This document shows, piece after piece, positions 60,301 to 64,000 of a stretch of 64,000 bases of DNA (position 1 is the stretch's first letter; every line of letters starts with the position of its first letter). The stretch is taken from NCBI GenBank assembly GCA_945280365.1, contig CALYQD010000004.1:8571-72570 (forward strand), read 5' to 3'. Position numbers and translations under genes: made by a program. The notes beneath the pieces were generated by a model, which was given only the letters and a program-made list of their open reading frames with translations, was not told the origin of the DNA and did not search any database. This stretch comes from an uncultured Apibacter sp. GTDB lineage: Bacteria > Bacteroidota > Bacteroidia > Flavobacteriales > Weeksellaceae.

Positions 60301-61693
60301 AGCGTTAAACAAGTATAAAGAAATATTTAAACTAGATACCTGTGCTCGCAAGGCACATTTCTTTGCACAATCGCGTCAGGAAGCAGGATTATCTCTAACA
60401 TCAGGACTAAGAGGAGAAAGTTTTAATTATATAGTATCAGGATTATCCGGAGCAGGATTAAAAGCTTTTGAACAAGTCCCAGGAGGTAAAGATATAGCTA
60501 ATAAGCATGCAAGGAAAAATAGAAGTGATCCGGCAGTATCAGAATCCAGTCAAATAATCTTAGCCAATTGGGCATATGGATACCATTATTCAACAGGAAA
60601 GAATTTTAAAAATCGTGGAGCGAATGATGGTTGGAACTTTAGAGGGCGGGGCTTATTCCAGATAACAGGAAGAAGTACATATGAAAAAGTACAGAAAATA
60701 ATAGAAGCTTATGCAAAAGATTCAGGTATTAATATTTACAAGAAGTATGATAGCCCCGATAAAGCTATTAGCGTAAAAGACGGTTGGATGACCCCCGAAG
60801 AAGCAGCTTTAACCGGGATGATAGACTGGTTTAAAGATGGCATGTACCTAAAAGCAGATGAAACAGGAAAAATATCTGATGATGAAGTGGTGAATTCAAT
60901 TATAAAGATTATCAATGAAAAAACATCATCTTATCCTGAAAGGAGAGTATGGTATAGAGGAGGAAAAGCAGGGGATTTAACAGTTAGCGAATCAAATTCA
61001 ACTAAGTCAATTTTCAGGGTAGCAGAATGCGGGAAAGTAGATGAACCTTTGAAATATGAAAACTCAGATTTAAAGATACAAGAGGGCATAAAATGGTTAT
61101 TAAGCAAATGTATAGACCAAACAGAAGTAAACAAAAAGCCATATAAAGTAACTTATAAAAACGACGATGATAGAATTTCGGAGAAAGGAGAAAATACGAT
61201 GGATTGTTCGGAATTAGTATGCCGTTATTTACAGAAAATAGAATGGAGTAAAAAGGTAATGGGAGGTAATACTCGAATACTCTATGAATTTGCAGAAAAA
61301 TACCCTATCTACTTACAAAAACATGACGATTTAGATTATAAGCCTCAAATAGGAGATATATTTATCTGGAAGAGTTCTTCAGGAATGGGGCATACCGGAG
61401 TGATCATTGACTATGAAGAAATACCCAATAAAGACAATGAAATAGAAGGAGTTGTAACCACTGTGGAAGCAATAAGTTCAAGTGAAATTCCTTATGGGAT
61501 GGAAAAAAAATTGACAATGGGAGGGGTGATTAAATTAAAATGGAAAAAGGATTCATACCATTTATTGGATCATAAAGTAACTGCCCAAAGAAGTCCCTGC
61601 CGATTTTATACACCGTTAATACATTACAGTAAAGCAGATAAAAAGGTAAATTGGAATAAAAATAATTATAGTTTTGAAATAATAAAGAAATGA
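57380..61693 (+). CDS. large polymorphic T6SS effector: PAAR-like DUF4280 N-terminus, ~800-aa uncharacterised middle, GH19/COG3179-like glycoside hydrolase + NlpC/P60 peptidase C-terminus
   Basis: 1437 aa. DUF4280-like VVVVEGARLNCSLGSLPTVSLKV...FGVCN...GTCKIGGGTVIIKEHGQ. GH19-like AHFFAQSRQEAG and FRGRGLFQITGRSTYEKV. NlpC/P60-like MDCSELVCRYL ... GMGHTGVII. Confidence 0.75.
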   Translation: MAETTKKRVVVVEGARLNCSLGSLPTVSLKVKHKDDDKYYINEKKIATWLEDNKDHMDFGVCNRSSSKPKCTPNISWSDYYENAEFGKKKILIDQSKGTCKIGGGTVIIKEHGQSAQPSSRIYKKNKKDSYEIYMLSPKVAASNGKKLPSVSKIDLVVSPAQRISSNREVSFEIGGSIKSIKLVATVGAKDDKSLVSWAFYKGDNQKNRFKTYLEYGSELIENLEALPEGKTTIFGYGETPEGNSTKIIINRKHNKLEGISMKLLNVKLESVGKAPKNTQIVFSPKYTFANSPKLSLNQVGWQQKTKWNIKDEKGNILYTTAPGFSANRNQGVISTSYSNNYLTAIFKNNGNYQIELEDFSRTSLGMLPDIKTLSLRIVNRSARTIINKGLPKIRKEDSIHLLASGIEFDYGINQLGNRAFWHIQKDSGKTISLGLRAEVKMNVPELIEEFRKKQVIISNPYGEYKFRIDGEEKDVISIGTSSDTAVIEVAKNRMESISGPDKIPVGAVVTYKTKVLMSLVGSEHIRWIQPAAPFIKFNLSSDHKQATLQLNKPGKAYFSAYLEGEDASTKEVKKTVEATYIYLEKALWCYANGKRRAETGWEEENYIHVSLEGLSSIPVKLKVWVKHPDEGKVGSLSYENCLLKEIDSSLNGNGSLQTSFIVDKELKEKLQKIYPEESPQAKLFFTLEFTAGGILDLSKVRLIDKGSSEEIPFVEKQGKNLYFVLDADEDLKIPARPRITAINFSNEAGDDIQVGVTQYGKKHTIWVNTVGMTKEKLVVIVYKKLLKDDMIETYNNKDKAFAVTAQVKKYEEQEVGTDGLLELDFIPEKKDGEGDPQLFYISVFKKQKNEKDETILVEEGSQLKSLDSLPFDKELNEYASQVGIAMPTLEEGQSPTAEQLNDIVSKFFHFYNPLYVSETGTIEDQQVISPVLVERGNSNKKGECPRCKEDFTVDILKKVYKSATTKDLEELAVALNKYKEIFKLDTCARKAHFFAQSRQEAGLSLTSGLRGESFNYIVSGLSGAGLKAFEQVPGGKDIANKHARKNRSDPAVSESSQIILANWAYGYHYSTGKNFKNRGANDGWNFRGRGLFQITGRSTYEKVQKIIEAYAKDSGINIYKKYDSPDKAISVKDGWMTPEEAALTGMIDWFKDGMYLKADETGKISDDEVVNSIIKIINEKTSSYPERRVWYRGGKAGDLTVSESNSTKSIFRVAECGKVDEPLKYENSDLKIQEGIKWLLSKCIDQTEVNKKPYKVTYKNDDDRISEKGENTMDCSELVCRYLQKIEWSKKVMGGNTRILYEFAEKYPIYLQKHDDLDYKPQIGDIFIWKSSSGMGHTGVIIDYEEIPNKDNEIEGVVTTVEAISSSEIPYGMEKKLTMGGVIKLKWKKDSYHLLDHKVTAQRSPCRFYTPLIHYSKADKKVNWNKNNYSFEIIKK

Positions 61694-62949
61694 TTATGAA
61701 AAAAAGAATAATATTTTTCAGTTTATTCATATTATTTTTTTCCTGTAGAGGAGAAGAAAATAAGAAAGAAGAAAAAAAAGAAAAGCCTATTATAGAAATT
61801 GCACAAAATACACAAATGGATAACATTGGTTTACAAAATACGCAAAAGGATAGCATTAATTTACAAAAAATAGAAGAACATATAGAACTACAAAAAAGAG
61901 TATTTGTAGAAGACCATATTCCTGACAATGAATATATAGCCACACAAGAGGATTTAGATTTACAACTACTTTTATTAGAAAAATCATTAGAGAATAGCGG
62001 TTATAAATTCCCGGATTATTCCTTATTTAAAGAGAGGATAAAGTATGTATTTGGAATAGATATAGACAAAAGTGAAGAAAATATTGTTACATTATATGCA
62101 GAAGAACCAGTCTATGACAAGGGAAAAGCATATACGGATGAAGAAATAAAACATATACTATTAAAAGAAACGAATCTAACTTTTGATCAATTTAAATATA
62201 GTTTTTCAAGTTATGATTGGAATTTATTTATAGATAAACAAAGGAAAATAATAACTCCTATGGTATTTCTGAATGATTTAATAAAAATTAAGGGGAAAGA
62301 TAAAAAAGAGTATAGTATACAACAAAATTTAAAAGTATTATCCTTAAATAAATATTTAATATATAATGACAAAGCTAGTTTAAATTATTTATTACCTAGA
62401 GAAGCATATTTATCAAGGTCATTATTATTAAATTTTAATTATGATAAGGAAGATAAAATTAATGAAAATGTAATGGATAGTTTATACACTTCCTATAACC
62501 ATAATGAACCTGTAAGAGAATCAGAATTTAGATCATTGATTTTTGTAATGAAAGATGAGCCCGGTCAAGACCGAAGCCGTTTATACCTAAGAGAAGGAAT
62601 ATTAAAAACCATTGAAAATATAACTAATGAAAATGAGGGTAAATATGCTATAACAATAAAACATGCGGTTGCAAGCATAGTAGTAAAAAAAAGAGATGGT
62701 AAAAATATAGGCTGGACAAATGAAGAACTATACAAAATAGTAGCTTATTCTGCTAATTATATAGATCCATTGTATTGGAAGTATCATAAATCAGAAACAG
62801 TAGTATGGGGAAATGGCGATATATTAGGGGTCTATGATTCTTTATTACCAGAAAAAGAATGGGAAGCAATGTTAAAACAATTTAAGGAAAATAATTATTA
62901 TAATTTACCTAATTTAAAAGGCTTAGTAAAAGAAATAATGAATTGGTAG
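61690..62949 (+). CDS. lipoprotein, immunity candidate for the cell-wall hydrolase effector
   Basis: 419 aa with an ATGA overlap with the effector stop. The second M gives MKKRIIFFSLFILFFSC (lipobox). I recognise no family. Confidence 0.5.
   Translation: MIMKKRIIFFSLFILFFSCRGEENKKEEKKEKPIIEIAQNTQMDNIGLQNTQKDSINLQKIEEHIELQKRVFVEDHIPDNEYIATQEDLDLQLLLLEKSLENSGYKFPDYSLFKERIKYVFGIDIDKSEENIVTLYAEEPVYDKGKAYTDEEIKHILLKETNLTFDQFKYSFSSYDWNLFIDKQRKIITPMVFLNDLIKIKGKDKKEYSIQQNLKVLSLNKYLIYNDKASLNYLLPREAYLSRSLLLNFNYDKEDKINENVMDSLYTSYNHNEPVRESEFRSLIFVMKDEPGQDRSRLYLREGILKTIENITNENEGKYAITIKHAVASIVVKKRDGKNIGWTNEELYKIVAYSANYIDPLYWKYHKSETVVWGNGDILGVYDSLLPEKEWEAMLKQFKENNYYNLPNLKGLVKEIMNW
61804..61863 (+). repeat. 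in-frame tandem repeat, 2 x 30 bp, inside the lipoprotein gene
   Basis: CAAAATACACAAATGGATAACATTGGTTTA / CAAAATACGCAAAAGGATAGCATTAATTTA, encoding QNTQMDNIGL / QNTQKDSINL. Confidence 0.8.
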
Positions 62950-62976
62950 AATAAAAATATCATTTCTCCCATATGA

Positions 62977-64000
62977 GAGGAAAGGGGTAATAGTAAGAAG
63001 ACAAGAACATGTTATTGCGATCGTGATTTTACAGAAGAAGAAGTAAGGTCTTTGGTAAAAACAATAAAAGGAAGAGAAGTAATTTGGGAAGGATTAAAAG
63101 AATCATGTCAGGTAGAGGATAAAACCTTTAAAAGCCTAACTTTTGAGTTAAACAAAATGTTTCGCAAATACAATATAAATAAATGTATACAAAAGATAAC
63201 TTTTTTAGCACAGGTAAACGCTGAGACAGGCTTTTTTTCAATTTCACATGAAGAATTGAGCAAATATTTATCCAGTAAATCAAAATATAAAGGAAGAGGA
63301 TTAATTCAATTAACCGGAAATCTAAATAAGGCAAAAACATCCTACGATGACCCCGGCCCTTATAAGGAATATGGAAAATATATAGGGGATGAAAATAAGT
63401 TTATAAACAATCCTAATTTGATCGCAACCGATTTGCATTATACTGTAGATAGTTCCGGATGGGAATGGAGTGTATCTAAAAAAGCTTTGCCCTATACAAA
63501 AGATTACAAAAACGCATCAAAAAATGCGGATGCAAAATGGAAACGAGAAACGTTTCCTAAAGGAGTAGGAAAGACTTTAAATGAAATAGCTCTAGCCTAT
63601 GAAGAAACAGGAGAAGAAAAATATTTTTGGTTTCAATCTAAAATACTAAATGGATACTCACTATCAGATAGAAATTCACCAGATCCTCATGGATGGTCTA
63701 AACGAAAAGAAGGTCTACGAAAGTTAAAACAGTGGTTTAAGTATGATAAGAATATTTGTAATGGAGAAAAGGAGTTGGATTATGTAGAAGAAGATGAGGC
63801 ACCATGGATACCATTTGCTAAAGAAGAACTTAAAAAATATGGAGGAATAAGACAAATTCATAGCCCACTAAAAGAAAAAGTAGTTGAATATTTTAAAGTA
63901 GCAAAAGCTGCTTGGTATGATCATACTGGATTTTGGTGTGGAGCATTTGTAAGATGGTGTTTTGCTCAAACTAAAGATTACAATTATGTTTTTGATTCAT
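62977..64000 (+). CDS. orphan toxin module without an obvious start codon: GH19/COG3179-like hydrolase + CHAP-like domain (3' end beyond the window)
   Basis: The frame is open from the TGA at 62974-62976 to the window end (341 codons), so it is absent from the ORF track. It begins EERGNSKKTRTCYCDRDFTEEE, compared with VERGNSNKKGECPRCKEDFT at aa ~935 of the main effector. It carries FLAQVNAETG, KGRGLIQLTG and FWCGAFVRWC. The first in-frame ATG is at 63157. Confidence 0.65.

Noticed and set aside
61530-61943. 137-aa minus-strand ORF spanning the junction of the large effector and the lipoprotein gene.
   Set aside because: It is antisense to two tightly coupled plus-strand genes (ATGA overlap). 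Its composition is the mirror image of the Lys/Glu-rich plus-strand coding sequence, and it has no motifs.
2843-63340. Many ORF-track entries lie antisense or out of frame inside longer, well-supported genes. Examples are 2843..3160, 3398..3751, 11771..12004, 14220..14414, 14802..14999, 15777..15983, 17493..17684, 18393..18797, 18994..19314, 19741..20049, 21412..21699, 25868..26227, 27300..27500, 27661..27975, 29833..30015, 34769..35011, 39017..39208, 39862..40044, 42889..43206, 45795..45992, 52760..53487, 55744..56174, 57926..61134 and 63128..63340.
   Set aside because: They are fully nested in genes with clear family motifs on the other strand or frame. They have low-complexity, hydrophobic or AT-codon-driven composition and no recognisable domains. 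They are typical shadow ORFs of an AT-rich genome.
1-64000. CRISPR arrays, rRNA genes and large inverted-repeat-bounded IS elements.
   Set aside because: Reading both strands, I saw no regularly spaced direct repeats of 25-40 bp. I also saw no rRNA-like conserved blocks and no terminal inverted repeats flanking a transposase-like ORF.
51613-64000. Calling this a complete T6SS locus.
   Set aside because: Only the spike (VgrG), PAAR-like and cargo-type genes are present. No sheath, baseplate, Hcp or membrane-complex genes are visible in the window.

Overview
This is a strongly AT-rich chromosomal segment. A T9SS C-terminal sorting domain, TAnnTTTG-type promoter motifs and the protein families present point to Bacteroidota, class Flavobacteriia. 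That assignment is an inference, since there is no rRNA in the window. Positions 1 to about 40.9 kb look like ordinary core genome. They carry galE (3' part), glyA, an acyl-CoA ligase, an orphan S24/CI-like repressor, a LolD-like ABC ATPase, a GT39-type glycosyltransferase, ilvE, mnmD, a NUDIX hydrolase and a DEAD-box helicase. They also carry a compact aspartate/asparagine catabolic cluster (crp/fnr | dcuA-aspA | aspT-asdA | ansB-porin), menC-menE, a T9SS-secreted endonuclease I, lutABC, tilS, yihY, an M3 peptidase and radC. At tRNA-Asn(GTT) (40900-40973) the window switches to accessory DNA that runs to the window end. (i) The first part is a roughly 9 kb decayed island. Its far side is bounded by a degenerate full-length copy of the tRNA-Asn plus its terminator (49912-50046). 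It holds pseudogene debris and one intact, translationally coupled three-gene operon: a TerB-N/TerB-C membrane protein, a DUF2791-like P-loop ATPase and an Lhr-like DExH helicase. This is the architecture published as the Shango anti-phage system. The operon is bracketed by a full-length NUMOD4/HNH/4xHTH homing-endonuclease-like gene and by a 160-bp 5' fragment of the same gene that starts 1 nt after the helicase stop codon. (ii) The second part is a vgrG-led type VI secretion cargo island (51.6-64 kb). It encodes a small effector with a permuted-papain-like motif and two paralogous proteins of unrecognised family with conserved N-termini and divergent C-termini. It also encodes a 1437-aa PAAR-like (DUF4280-type) effector ending in GH19-like and NlpC/P60 cell-wall hydrolase domains, followed by a lipoprotein immunity candidate. 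It ends in a start-less orphan toxin module (GH19-like + CHAP-like) that shares only the junction motif ERGNS with the main effector. I recognised no CRISPR array, rRNA, integrase or transposase. All family assignments rest on motifs read by eye, not on database searches.
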